Positions 7,947 to 21,176 of a DNA stretch of 64,000 nt are shown piece after piece. Under the pieces are notes generated by a model that was not told where the DNA came from, did not search any database, and saw only the letters and a list, made by a program, of their open reading frames with translations. The first letter of the stretch is position 1; each line of letters starts with the position of its first letter. The DNA lies in contig JAWABU010000003.1 of NCBI GenBank assembly GCA_038884455.1, positions 1,969-65,968 on the forward strand, in the 5' to 3' direction. The position numbers were made by a program, and so were the translations under genes. The stretch comes from Thermoplasmatota archaeon. Lineage in GTDB: Archaea; Thermoplasmatota; E2; DHVEG-1.

Positions 7947-10900
7947 CTATTTTTTAACTATTCCTTCTTGATTTATAAAAAAGAACAACTCATAATCATT
8001 GATGGTTATTCTCCATTCTGGGTAGTATGGTGATGAGTTTCGGTAGGCGAGATCGAATGTCATGGTTGTTGGTTTTTTGGGTGTGATTCCGTGTTCTTCA
8101 CAGTAGTTGAAAAGTATTTGTTGTGCTTCTTGTTGTGATATTGGTAGATACTTCATAGGTGTGGTTGTCCATGATGTTTCTTTGAAGCTGCCATCATTGG
8201 CATCGATGATAACAACAATGACGGTTTGCTCAGTTGGTGTTTGTTGTGTTCGTTGGTATGTTTGTGTTTTTGTTGGTAGGTTAAAAGGTACTAGGTAGTA
8301 ATCATTTCCACCGTTGAGGTTTTTGATGAAGAGTGGTGTTCCTGGTGTTGTTTTTTGGAATAGATCTGCAAATTCTGTGTCATAGGGGATGAGTTCTTCG
8401 GTGATGCCTGTGATTGCTGCTTGGGTGATCCATTGGTCAATTTGTTTTTGTAGGTCTTCTGTTGTTTTGGTATTTTTGTTTTGTGTGCGGTGTATGAGTT
8501 GTTGTTGTTCTGCTGTAAACTGAGTTTTTGTTGTTGCTAGGGTGATTGTGGTGTCGGTTCGTGTTTCTGGTGGTTCGCAGAGTGCAACGTATTTGCCGTT
8601 GTAGATGTCGTTTGATGTGAGTGGTTGGTAGTAGTTTGTGTTCCATTGGGTGATGGTTTTGTAGCTGTTTTCACCGATTCCTCCTGGTAATGGATCGTTG
8701 ACCCAGAAGCCGTAGATGGTGAGATTTGTGGGTAGTGGATAGGTGGGTTGGTTGGTGTGTATGCCTCGGATTGCCATCCAGTTGCTGTAATCTCCATATG
8801 CTGGGACCAGTGCTGGAACATGCAGTGGATGTCCTGGTTTATATCCGCCATAGGTACCGATTGTATAGTTAATCCATGTGCAGATTTGCTGGAGCATATA
8901 TGTTTGGTTGGTGTTGCTGTATTTGTTGAAGTTGTATCCGTAGGTGGTGTAGGGGAGTGGTCGGTAGGTTTGGAGGAGTTTCCAGAGTCCTTGGGTGTCA
9001 ATGTAGGGTATGGTTTGATCACTATTATTTGCATGGCCTGCTGTGTAGAGCCATTGTTGATCTGAAAAGATTAATGGTGGTTCACTAGGGTTTTGTGTTT
9101 GGTTCCACCACATATAATTGAGCGTCATCTGTGCACATGCAGGACCGCACATTTGATGATACGGTGCTATCGCTTGGTACATCGGAAAGTTGTTGAGGTT
9201 GATGAAGTAGCCTATTGAGAAGGTGTAAACCGTTGAGGTTTTCGTATTTCCGTTGTTGTCTTGTGCCCAGATTGTGTACGAGTAGATGCCCTGTGTTTGA
9301 TACGTGGTATTGTAGTAGTACTGTGCAGTTCCTGGTATTTGAGCCATGGTGATATTTGTTGCTGGTCCAACTGGTGGGAGGATGTGCACGTTCACCATGT
9401 GTATACCACTCAGATCAAACGCAGAACAGCTGATGTTTACAGATTTGTTTGGTACTTGAAGTAGTGGTGTTGCTGTGATTGATGTTATCTCAGGTTTGGT
9501 GGTATCAGCCTGTGTTGTAAAGGTGAAGATACTGCTTGTTTCGTAGATACCATCAGTTACTACGACTTTCCAGGAGTAGGTGGTAAAATAGTGTGAAAAT
9601 GCAGAGGGGCGTTGCATGATGGTTACTGGCGATGTTGTGTCGCTGCTGTAGTTTGCAGCAAACGGCTCCCAGGTTCCCGTCGTGTTGGTGTACCATGTTG
9701 CATGCAGGATATCATGATCAGGATCATTGATGGTTACTTGAAGAAGTGGATTGAGTTCAATCGTATTTGAATTGTTTGATGGTGTTGGGTTGTAGGGTTT
9801 GGTTGGTGCATGTTTCAAGGTTGAGATGCGGACTTCATCAATGGTTCCTTTGAATTCAAGGGTTCCTCCATGACCGCTGAGTCGTTTGCCAATACCAAGC
9901 GGGTTTTGTGAGGATGCAGGTGGATAGATCCATGATGCTGGCGGTGCATCTAGTTTTCCATCAACATACACATGAGCATGGGTTCCTGTCCATTCACCGG
10001 CAACATGATGCCATTGATTGTCTCGAAGTATCGTGGATCCCCAGATGTCCTTGGTTCCGTACGAACCACAATACAATGATAATCGAAGTACTCCTCCGTT
10101 GATGTACAGCGTGAATCCTCTCCCATTGGTGGTGTACTGGAGTTTGTCGACGATGATAAGGTAGTTATCGGTTGCTGCTGTTCGAATCCATGCTTCAACT
10201 CTGAAGGGTTGGGTAATATCTAAACTTGAGTTGTGAGGAATGGTGATATAATCGTTTCCATCAAAGTATAAGCACGAACCAATTTTTCCAGGTGTCCATG
10301 TTGCACCAGTGATTATTCCATCATTGTGATACGTTGAGGTGTCGTATGCTATTGATCCGGTTCCTTCGTCAAGATGCCAGTACCCTTGAGCATGCATATA
10401 CTCTGTGGTGAAACTCCAGATTGGACCTGAAATTGTATGACCGTATGTATCATGTGCGACAACCATCCATGTATACGTTGTAGAATACTCGAGTCCTGCT
10501 GTTTGATAATACTGTTTTGTTTGTTGCGATGCTATCTTGATGAGTTGCGAGGGGCTACTTCCGAAATATACGTCATACGTGAGTGTGTCTTCTGTATCTA
10601 TCTCATTGCAAGTCCAGGTGAGATTGACAAAGACACTGATATTTGATGCACTGGAACTTGGAGTTGGATCTGAGGGGAGGTTTGGTGGTGTGTTTGGTTT
10701 TGTGGAAAACATCCAGAGTGGCCCAGATGTCGTTAACCCAGAGGAATCATGCGCAACAATCCTCCAGTAGTAGGTTGTATCATATGAAAGAAGAGGCAGA
10801 TCATAGGATGAGGTTGGATGTCCTGTGATGAGGAGTTCTGGGTTTGGTGTTGTCCCAAAATAAAGATCATACAGAAGGATCTCACCAGGGTCTGGGTCGG

Positions 10901-13900
10901 TACATGACCAGCTGAGATCTGTGGTTATCGGGAGATTTTGTGCAGTATGCTGTGGTGTTGGTTGCTCTGGTCTGGTTGGATAGTTGTGTTGCTGGTAGAC
11001 TTTGATTTGGTAGGCGCCACCGCCAAGGTCTTCGTAAACTGCAAGATCATTGAAACCATTATTGTTAAAATCATCAATCGCAGTGGTAAGCAGTGTTCCT
11101 GTTCCGGTGTATTCTTTGATTGGCTGATAGTTGGTATTATAAATAGTCACCATGTTTTGATGGGTGATTGCAAGTTCGTTGATGTGGTCATTGTTGAAAT
11201 CACCGATATACACACCACTGGTTTGTGTGATACTTGGTGACGTATATAGTAGATTCCATGATTGTTGATTTCCATAGATTCGAACTTGGTTTACTCGGGA
11301 GACGACGACTTCATTTCCTTGTTCTGGTAAAAAATCACCAATTGCGACGTCACGCATGGTTGACAATGCCAAAGAACTAAGTTCAGCACCAAATCGGTTG
11401 TAGACTCGTAAAACAGTTCCGGTACCTGAACCTGTGATGAGAAGAATATCATCAAAGCCATCGTTGTCAAAATCACCAACTGCCGCTCCTCGTTGGAGTA
11501 GTTTGACAAACAACTGTTTATACCCAACATCACTGAATTGAGAGTAGCTTTTTTCTGGAAGTGGTCGGTAGAGACAGGAACCAAAGGTTTGTCCTTGGTA
11601 TGGATCATAGAGTTCTTCACAGTTGTTGCCGTTGTGGTGATCAATGATGCCGAAAAACATGTGGATTGTCCCATCTTTTTCAGTGACTGCGATATCATTG
11701 TATCCATCATGGTTATGATCCTTGATAATGACTGCTTGTGGTTGATTGAGCCCAGGAATCCTAAACAACAGATGACCGGTGGTGTTGAAGATTGACACAT
11801 ATCCGATCCGTTGTTCAGCAACCGCAAGATCTACATATCCATCGTTGTTGATATCGCCAATTGAAACCCCCATAGGATCATGCAGACCATGTATGGTTCG
11901 AAGTATTGCACCTGTGCTGTTCAAGATTTTGACTGAACCATTTGCATATTCAGCAACTGCAATATCATTTGAACCGTCATGGTTATAATCACCAATACAC
12001 ACACCAGTTGGTATATTCAATCCAGAGACTTGTTGTACCTGATTACCATTGGCGTCGTAGACAACAACGGTGTTTGATGATTCAATTTTCACGATTCTAC
12101 CTGTTGGTCCAAAGGTTCCTAGTGCTACCCCATTGAGACCTCTGAGACCTTTATCTCCACCTATAGGGTTGCCATTTCTATCCATTGGTACAACCTGTGC
12201 TGCACCAGTTGTCATCAGGTCAGCAAGCACAGCGCTGGTGAGTCGTTGGTTGAGTAATGCTTCTTGTGGATTATTTTTGAATAAGTCAATTATTGTAGCA
12301 AACTCCTCTGAATCATTGGTTGGTGCACCAGGTGTATAGCCTTTAAGGAGTGTAACGGTTGACACAGTACTTGGTAATGTGAGTCCGCAGTAGTTTCCAG
12401 CAATCACTCGATAACAGAGGATCTTGTTTGCATCACCTTGTCGATTCACTATAACCTCTGTTCCGTTACCATTGAACACCTGCCATGAGGATCGTTCCCA
12501 TTGACATCGCGGTGGTACAAAATCATTGTCAGGATAGTATTCTGCTTCTTCAACAATGTAAAATGTTGCCCCAGGAACTCGAGTCCAGTTTATGGTGAGC
12601 GGCAGATCTGAGTTGACGATGGATCCATTGGTTGGTGTATTAAGTGTTGGTCTGCCTTGTGGAGGAGTCCATCCGACTTGGTAACAATTTGAATATAACA
12701 CTTGGATATCAACAATATTACTCCAGGGTGAAACACCACCTATTATGTCACTGACCCGCATGCGGTAGTAATACGTGGTTGTTTCAGCTGGTGCTTTCCA
12801 GAGTTTTTCATACAGATCAGTTCGTGATCCTGAAACATCCCATTCTCGGACGATAGTAGAAAATAGTGGATCTGTTGATTCTTGAAGATCAATATTGGTG
12901 GTGGATGAAACCGGATCCCAGCTGATGATATATGCTCGGTATCGTTCTATGGTGGTGCCTGGGTCATGAAGTAGTGGTGCTGGTTGCGTTTTGTTACCAT
13001 ATACGGTTACGGTGATCGTATCACTCCAGTCCCCATCTTCAGCATATGGTGCAAGTGCTTGGATACGGTAGTAATACGTTCGTGTAAATGTTGTGTTATG
13101 TGCTGTTGACCAGTTGGTCGCGGGAATGACACCGCATCCTCCAAATATTTTGTCGACAATGAGATGATCAAATCCGCGATCGGTTGCTTCTTGGAGGCGA
13201 TATTGTCCTTCTGGCTCGATACGATTCCAGGTAAATGAGTAGGATTGTCCTGCGTAGGTTTCACGGGTACTTGGTTTGAGGCTTGGTGTTCCTGGTTTTG
13301 GAACTCCTGAGGTGCCGTATACTTTTTTTATCACCGGATTACTCCATGGTCCAAAGCCACCACTGTTTTTTCCTTTCACACGGTAGTAGTAGGTTGTCGT
13401 CGTGGTTGGTGAATGTTGAAATGCTTTATGAAAGGTTGATTTATTGGTTGTATATGTTTGAAGGTTTTGTGTAAACGTTGGGTTTGTTGCCTCTTCAATG
13501 AAGTATTCATGGATATCACTTTGATTATACGTCCATTCAATAAAGTAAGGGACACAGTGGGATGTGTTAAAGGTTGGTTGTATCAAACGTGGTGCATATT
13601 TTGGTGGAGGGAGTATTTCGATACTAACGTTTCGACTCCAGTTTCCATCATAGTACGTTGAACCAATTTTCCGGCGACATGCAATTTGATATTCGTAGAC
13701 GGTTGGTTCAGTAACAGTATGAGAAAAGGAGTAGCCAAACCACCATGATCCATCAGTCTGATTTTGATACATGACATGGTCGTTAAGATTAAGGATCGTA
13801 TTCTCGTTCCAATAGATTTCATTGATGAGTTTTTTTTCAATACGTGGCCTGTCAGCCGCAGTAAGGTTCACCCATTGATATTCTCTCAAATGATATCCAT

Positions 13901-15986
13901 AGTCGATGCCACTGGTGGTCTTTTTCCAATGAAAACCATAGACACGCCCTGATCCATTTCTGACTGGAAGATCCTTGATGATTGGTGCATCTTCTGGTTT
14001 TGCTTGAATTGTGATTGAAACAACATTGCTCACTGGACCATAGCGATCGAATTTATTATAGGGAACTACTCGATAGTAATAGGTGATCTGTGGTGTCGTT
14101 TTGAGAAACGGTCGCCACAGCCAGGTCTGTGCAGGATAATTATACCAGGTAACATTGTTTGTTGATTCCTGAAGGACATAATATGCGATGCGATCAACCG
14201 TATTCCAGGAAACGAGGTAGAATCCATATTCCTGTACTGAAGGTTGTGATACCGTGATGGTTGGTTTGCTGGGTGGTGCAAGGATTTCAACGGAGCGATA
14301 ATCGGTACAGGTACCACCGTTTTTATCAGTCACCTTCACCACGATCGTGCATCGTCCTGGTGCAAGTGTATTTGTTGAAAACCAGGTTGTTTTCGAAGAA
14401 ACACCGGTCTGAACAGAGAGTAGTCGCGAGGTGATATTACGATGTTCATCTCGTCGTTCTTCAAACCATTCATAGGTATATGGACCGTTGCCTTTGGTTA
14501 CTTTTGCAGTAAATGAAATCGTATCATTCTGAGCAATGAGTGTATACTCATCAGCAGGTTTTTCGAATTCAATAATCGGATATTCAACTGGTGCATAGTA
14601 AATCAATGCATTATGCAGCCAGATACCTTTATGATGATTTTCATAGCCTCCTTCAAGGAACGGATCACCATCATATCTGAAATTTACATATGCGGTTGAT
14701 GCGCCTGCTGCTTGGGCCCGGATATATGCCCCTGCCCAAATATAATTTGCTACGTTCTGATTTAATTTCACATTTTGTAAAAAGATTGTTTTCGCTCCTG
14801 AGGTGTTTTCTGAAACATTAAACAACATATCGTAGAATTGTAAAATATCGATGATATTACCGACTCCAGGAATTCCGAGTGATTGCTCGATTGCTTCATC
14901 AAGGACAGAATTTGCAACAATGTTAACAATTTCTTCAGTATACGAAAGTGCAGGGCCCAGAACGTCGACAAGATCACCTCCTTCAGCAAGCTTGGTCCAT
15001 TTAGAGATACCTGCCGGCGGTGGTGCTCCCCATGCGAGACCTGAACCGACAATATATCCATACAATGAAGCACCGATCGGTGAAACAGAGTTGACATCCA
15101 TGCTTCCAGCCCAGGTCGTTCGAATGAAAATATTTGCACGGCGATTCTCAGCAGTTTCAATCGGACTGAATTCTCGATAACTAAATGCTGCTACCTCAGA
15201 ATATGATCGTAAGAATTCATCCATTTCAGTGAATTCTTTCCAAGATGCATGATACCCATGCGCGAATACCCAGGGATGGACTGCATATCCAGAGATGGTT
15301 AGATCAGTATAGATGCCTGGGTAAACTGACCAATCGCCATGTTCTGTCGCCCAGGTTTGACAAGGATCTGAATCCTGGACTTCAACGTAAGAACCAGAAA
15401 AAAGAAGACGAGGATACGAATCCTGTGCGTTCAGCGTGATCTCAAGGGTTCCAAGCTCAGCCATCAGCGTAGCAATATAGATGCTGTCGTGGAGTTTCCC
15501 AACATCTTGCACCGTCTTATTTCCGCAGGTGTATCGCTCATAGATCTGGGTAGGGCTGTTTGGTGTTGAATATATTAAAAACGAGATATTATCTGCGAGA
15601 TCAATCGTTGTTGTGGTAACTTCGGTAAGAAGATGGCATATAATCGTATCGCCATAGGTTGCTCCAAGATCAATAGTATAGGTGATGTGATCACTGTTAT
15701 CTGATTCAGGGACGTAGTGAAAATCAGTAAAAACAGCGCCCCTTCTCCTAGTTGATTTTGGTTGATTTGCATAGTCTCCAGTTTTTTCTGAAGCCAAGGA
15801 CGTTTCTTTTTTAGATTCTTTTGGTACGTCTCCACAGTGCTGACATGGCTCGTCATGTTCGACATCTGCAGCTTTAGCAGTGTTCTTTGAAACAAACTGA
15901 GTATTGGTACATGGTACAAAACAAAATCCAAAAAACAGCATCGTCAACGACAACGCTATGAGTATTTTTTTTGTTTGAACATGCAT
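7947..15986 (-). CDS. Giant secreted multidomain surface protein 2 (about 2680 aa). Layout: signal peptide; unknown N-terminal region; several FN3-like domains (YYYRV motifs); a 7-blade FG-GAP / integrin-alpha-like propeller (aa ~1300-1670); 2 FN3 domains; a LamG/ConA-like lectin domain (aa ~1875-2060); Ig-like domains; a papain-like module with a 'QMCGPACAQMTL' motif (Cys2285); a Thr/Gln-rich linker; and a C-terminal domain.
   Basis: A single uninterrupted ORF. The six-frame track starts it at the ATG at 16001 (MGGKNM...). I prefer the in-frame ATG at 15986 (MHVQTKKILIALSLTMLFFGFCF...) because GGGAGG lies 7-8 nt upstream. Either way there is a signal peptide. The FG-GAP, FN3, LamG and papain-like motifs listed below were read directly. 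N-x-S/T sequons are very dense. Confidence 0.9.
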   Translation of the reverse strand: MHVQTKKILIALSLTMLFFGFCFVPCTNTQFVSKNTAKAADVEHDEPCQHCGDVPKESKKETSLASEKTGDYANQPKSTRRRGAVFTDFHYVPESDNSDHITYTIDLGATYGDTIICHLLTEVTTTTIDLADNISFLIYSTPNSPTQIYERYTCGNKTVQDVGKLHDSIYIATLMAELGTLEITLNAQDSYPRLLFSGSYVEVQDSDPCQTWATEHGDWSVYPGIYTDLTISGYAVHPWVFAHGYHASWKEFTEMDEFLRSYSEVAAFSYREFSPIETAENRRANIFIRTTWAGSMDVNSVSPIGASLYGYIVGSGLAWGAPPPAGISKWTKLAEGGDLVDVLGPALSYTEEIVNIVANSVLDEAIEQSLGIPGVGNIIDILQFYDMLFNVSENTSGAKTIFLQNVKLNQNVANYIWAGAYIRAQAAGASTAYVNFRYDGDPFLEGGYENHHKGIWLHNALIYYAPVEYPIIEFEKPADEYTLIAQNDTISFTAKVTKGNGPYTYEWFEERRDEHRNITSRLLSVQTGVSSKTTWFSTNTLAPGRCTIVVKVTDKNGGTCTDYRSVEILAPPSKPTITVSQPSVQEYGFYLVSWNTVDRIAYYVLQESTNNVTWYNYPAQTWLWRPFLKTTPQITYYYRVVPYNKFDRYGPVSNVVSITIQAKPEDAPIIKDLPVRNGSGRVYGFHWKKTTSGIDYGYHLREYQWVNLTAADRPRIEKKLINEIYWNENTILNLNDHVMYQNQTDGSWWFGYSFSHTVTEPTVYEYQIACRRKIGSTYYDGNWSRNVSIEILPPPKYAPRLIQPTFNTSHCVPYFIEWTYNQSDIHEYFIEEATNPTFTQNLQTYTTNKSTFHKAFQHSPTTTTTYYYRVKGKNSGGFGPWSNPVIKKVYGTSGVPKPGTPSLKPSTRETYAGQSYSFTWNRIEPEGQYRLQEATDRGFDHLIVDKIFGGCGVIPATNWSTAHNTTFTRTYYYRIQALAPYAEDGDWSDTITVTVYGNKTQPAPLLHDPGTTIERYRAYIISWDPVSSTTNIDLQESTDPLFSTIVREWDVSGSRTDLYEKLWKAPAETTTYYYRMRVSDIIGGVSPWSNIVDIQVLYSNCYQVGWTPPQGRPTLNTPTNGSIVNSDLPLTINWTRVPGATFYIVEEAEYYPDNDFVPPRCQWERSSWQVFNGNGTEVIVNRQGDANKILCYRVIAGNYCGLTLPSTVSTVTLLKGYTPGAPTNDSEEFATIIDLFKNNPQEALLNQRLTSAVLADLMTTGAAQVVPMDRNGNPIGGDKGLRGLNGVALGTFGPTGRIVKIESSNTVVVYDANGNQVQQVSGLNIPTGVCIGDYNHDGSNDIAVAEYANGSVKILNSTGAILRTIHGLHDPMGVSIGDINNDGYVDLAVAEQRIGYVSIFNTTGHLLFRIPGLNQPQAVIIKDHNHDGYNDIAVTEKDGTIHMFFGIIDHHNGNNCEELYDPYQGQTFGSCLYRPLPEKSYSQFSDVGYKQLFVKLLQRGAAVGDFDNDGFDDILLITGSGTGTVLRVYNRFGAELSSLALSTMRDVAIGDFLPEQGNEVVVSRVNQVRIYGNQQSWNLLYTSPSITQTSGVYIGDFNNDHINELAITHQNMVTIYNTNYQPIKEYTGTGTLLTTAIDDFNNNGFNDLAVYEDLGGGAYQIKVYQQHNYPTRPEQPTPQHTAQNLPITTDLSWSCTDPDPGEILLYDLYFGTTPNPELLITGHPTSSYDLPLLSYDTTYYWRIVAHDSSGLTTSGPLWMFSTKPNTPPNLPSDPTPSSSASNISVFVNLTWTCNEIDTEDTLTYDVYFGSSPSQLIKIASQQTKQYYQTAGLEYSTTYTWMVVAHDTYGHTISGPIWSFTTEYMHAQGYWHLDEGTGSIAYDTSTYHNDGIITGATWTPGKIGSCLYFDGNDYITIPHNSSLDITQPFRVEAWIRTAATDNYLIIVDKLQYTTNGRGFTLYINGGVLRLSLYCGSYGTKDIWGSTILRDNQWHHVAGEWTGTHAHVYVDGKLDAPPASWIYPPASSQNPLGIGKRLSGHGGTLEFKGTIDEVRISTLKHAPTKPYNPTPSNNSNTIELNPLLQVTINDPDHDILHATWYTNTTGTWEPFAANYSSDTTSPVTIMQRPSAFSHYFTTYSWKVVVTDGIYETSSIFTFTTQADTTKPEITSITATPLLQVPNKSVNISCSAFDLSGIHMVNVHILPPVGPATNITMAQIPGTAQYYYNTTYQTQGIYSYTIWAQDNNGNTKTSTVYTFSIGYFINLNNFPMYQAIAPYHQMCGPACAQMTLNYMWWNQTQNPSEPPLIFSDQQWLYTAGHANNSDQTIPYIDTQGLWKLLQTYRPLPYTTYGYNFNKYSNTNQTYMLQQICTWINYTIGTYGGYKPGHPLHVPALVPAYGDYSNWMAIRGIHTNQPTYPLPTNLTIYGFWVNDPLPGGIGENSYKTITQWNTNYYQPLTSNDIYNGKYVALCEPPETRTDTTITLATTKTQFTAEQQQLIHRTQNKNTKTTEDLQKQIDQWITQAAITGITEELIPYDTEFADLFQKTTPGTPLFIKNLNGGNDYYLVPFNLPTKTQTYQRTQQTPTEQTVIVVIIDANDGSFKETSWTTTPMKYLPISQQEAQQILFNYCEEHGITPKKPTTMTFDLAYRNSSPYYPEWRITINDYELFFFINQEGIVKK
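8592..9209 (-). other. Papain-fold (clan CA; C39-like or C10/streptopain-like) cysteine peptidase-like module in giant protein 2. The candidate nucleophile Cys2285 is encoded at 9147-9149.
   Basis: The motif YHQMCGPACAQMTLNYMWW resembles the C-G-x-A-C / G-C-V-A-T-A-x-A-Q active-site helix start of C39-like and C10 peptidases. The codon was verified on the DNA. The family assignment is tentative. Confidence 0.4.
10992..12104 (-). repeat. Seven FG-GAP repeats (integrin-alpha-like 7-blade beta-propeller with Ca-binding DxDxDG-like loops) within giant protein 2.
   Basis: Seven instances of the (V/I)xxGDxNxDGxxDxxV motif: GVCIGDYNHDGSNDIAVAE, SIGDINNDGYVDLAVAE, IIKDHNHDGYNDIAVTE, AVGDFDNDGFDDILLIT, VAIGDFLPEQGNEVVVS, YIGDFNNDHINELAIT, and AIDDFNNNGFNDLAVYE. 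Confidence 0.7.
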
Positions 15987-16029
15987 ATTTTTGCCTCCCA
16001 TTGATAAACTTTAGCAAGATTTACATATC

Positions 16030-16050
16030 TGCTGTATATTTAAATATCTT
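16030..16050 (-). promoter_or_regulatory. Putative archaeal TATA box for giant protein 2. On the minus strand it reads TATTTAAATATA, about 35-45 nt upstream of the start.
   Basis: An AT-rich TATA-like element at the expected distance in the 270-nt intergenic region between the gene 2 start and the upstream small ORF. Confidence 0.35.
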
Positions 16051-16269
16051 ATGAAAAAAATATATCTTTGTTTTTAATGGAATTTGAGATTTTTTCCTAA
16101 TAAAAAACACTTGTTACGTACCATTTATTTTTTTATTTTGGTTTTTCTCCATGACGATTTAACGGCTTCGTAGAGAATACTTGTTTCAAAAACCAATTTT
16201 TTACTATCGTTTGTTGTAAGTTGAAATGCGTGACTGCAGATGTTGCATTTTTAAAAAATGAGCTAACGA

Positions 16270-20188
<3,919 letters not shown>

Positions 20189-20207
<19 letters not shown>

Positions 20208-20866
20208 CCTTCAAGAAATATGATTACGGTAACGTCATCTCCATCGAGTAATCGTAATTTCTCGCGAAGGTTATCCTTAGAGATGAGTTCAAGAATATTT
20301 GAATAATGACTTCTTTTCGGTAGAATGATTGCTCCTGGTATATCGTTGATCATTGCATGAAAACATATACCCCCACCAAAGGTTCTGTTTTCTGTTTTAA
20401 ACTCATCAATAGTAATACCTTTGCAGTTTTTTAACAACCGAAGTTTATTACGCTCGACAGAATCAATTTCAACATTGAGTGTTCCAGGATAGGGCAAAAA
20501 CTGAAGTTTGTTTTGGAACTGAACTGCATATCCTTTTTGTTCTGTGTAATATTTTCCTTCACCAAGACCAGATACAACTTTACCTTTGAATACAATCTTA
20601 TTTGGTAGATCAAATATTTGTTTATACAATGCATACTCATCAGCTAAGATATCGGCACCGGCTTGGGTGATTTGTATCAATTGTTTTTTAATCCCAAACT
20701 CGCGCGAGATCATTCCTACTTTTTCTAATTCAAGAAGATATCGTGATGCTGTTTGTTGGCTTGCGTCTAATCGTGCTGCTAGTTCTTGTGAAGAGATCTC
20801 GACACGATTTCGCATAGCTCCAAGCAATCCGAGTTCTTTTAGCGTTTGAAGTAGGTATGGTTTCAT
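20189..20866 (-). CDS. rbkR: HTH transcriptional regulator fused to an archaeal CTP-dependent riboflavin kinase (RbkR-like), 225 aa.
   Basis: The N-terminal winged HTH region is ISSQELAARLDASQQTASRYLLELEKVGMI. The C-terminal MJ0056-type riboflavin kinase motifs are KGKVVSGLGEGKYYT, PYPGTLNVEI and GAIILPKRSHYSNILELI. It overlaps the polX start by 19 nt. Confidence 0.7.
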
Positions 20867-20896
20867 AGCTTTCCTCCAATAAAATATTTTTTTTTG

Positions 20897-21136
20897 TTAT
20901 TTTCCCATTTTTTCTGCTAGTTTTTCTCCTTCGGTGGTAAACCAAATGGTATTTCCCTTCTGTTCAAGGATCCCTGCATTGATAAAATCAGAAATAATTT
21001 TCTCTGCAACAGATCGAATTATGCGCTGTTTTTTGATGATACGATTGATATTTTTTTCTCCAGAGGCAATTTCATAGAATATTGCACGTCGATGTTTATT
21101 TGAAAGTATAAATCCTTCATCCATAGGTATAACCAA
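20897..21136 (-). CDS. Small winged-helix DNA-binding protein of 79 aa (hypothetical regulator).
   Basis: A short basic ORF that heads the rbkR-polX-ligA operon. It has an HTH-like segment (NINRIIKKQRIIRSVAEKIISDFINAGIL). Confidence 0.45.
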   Translation of the reverse strand: MVIPMDEGFILSNKHRRAIFYEIASGEKNINRIIKKQRIIRSVAEKIISDFINAGILEQKGNTIWFTTEGEKLAEKMGK

Positions 21137-21176
21137 TATCTTAATTTATTGGTATCACATAAAGCTTTTCAAAGGT

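Noticed and set aside
8107-15439. Numerous short ORFs on both strands inside giant gene 2. Example: 8537..9034, 165 aa, Thr/Pro-rich.
   Set aside because: They are out-of-frame or antisense translations of the 8-kb gene. The Thr-rich 165-aa ORF is the +1-frame shadow of the Thr/Gln-rich linker.
15986-16001. The upstream in-frame ATG at 16001 (MGGKNM...) as the start of giant gene 2.
   Set aside because: If 16001 were the start, the GGGAGG would form codons 2-3 of the protein. With the ATG at 15986 it is instead a perfectly spaced Shine-Dalgarno. Both starts give the same signal peptide, so the choice is minor.
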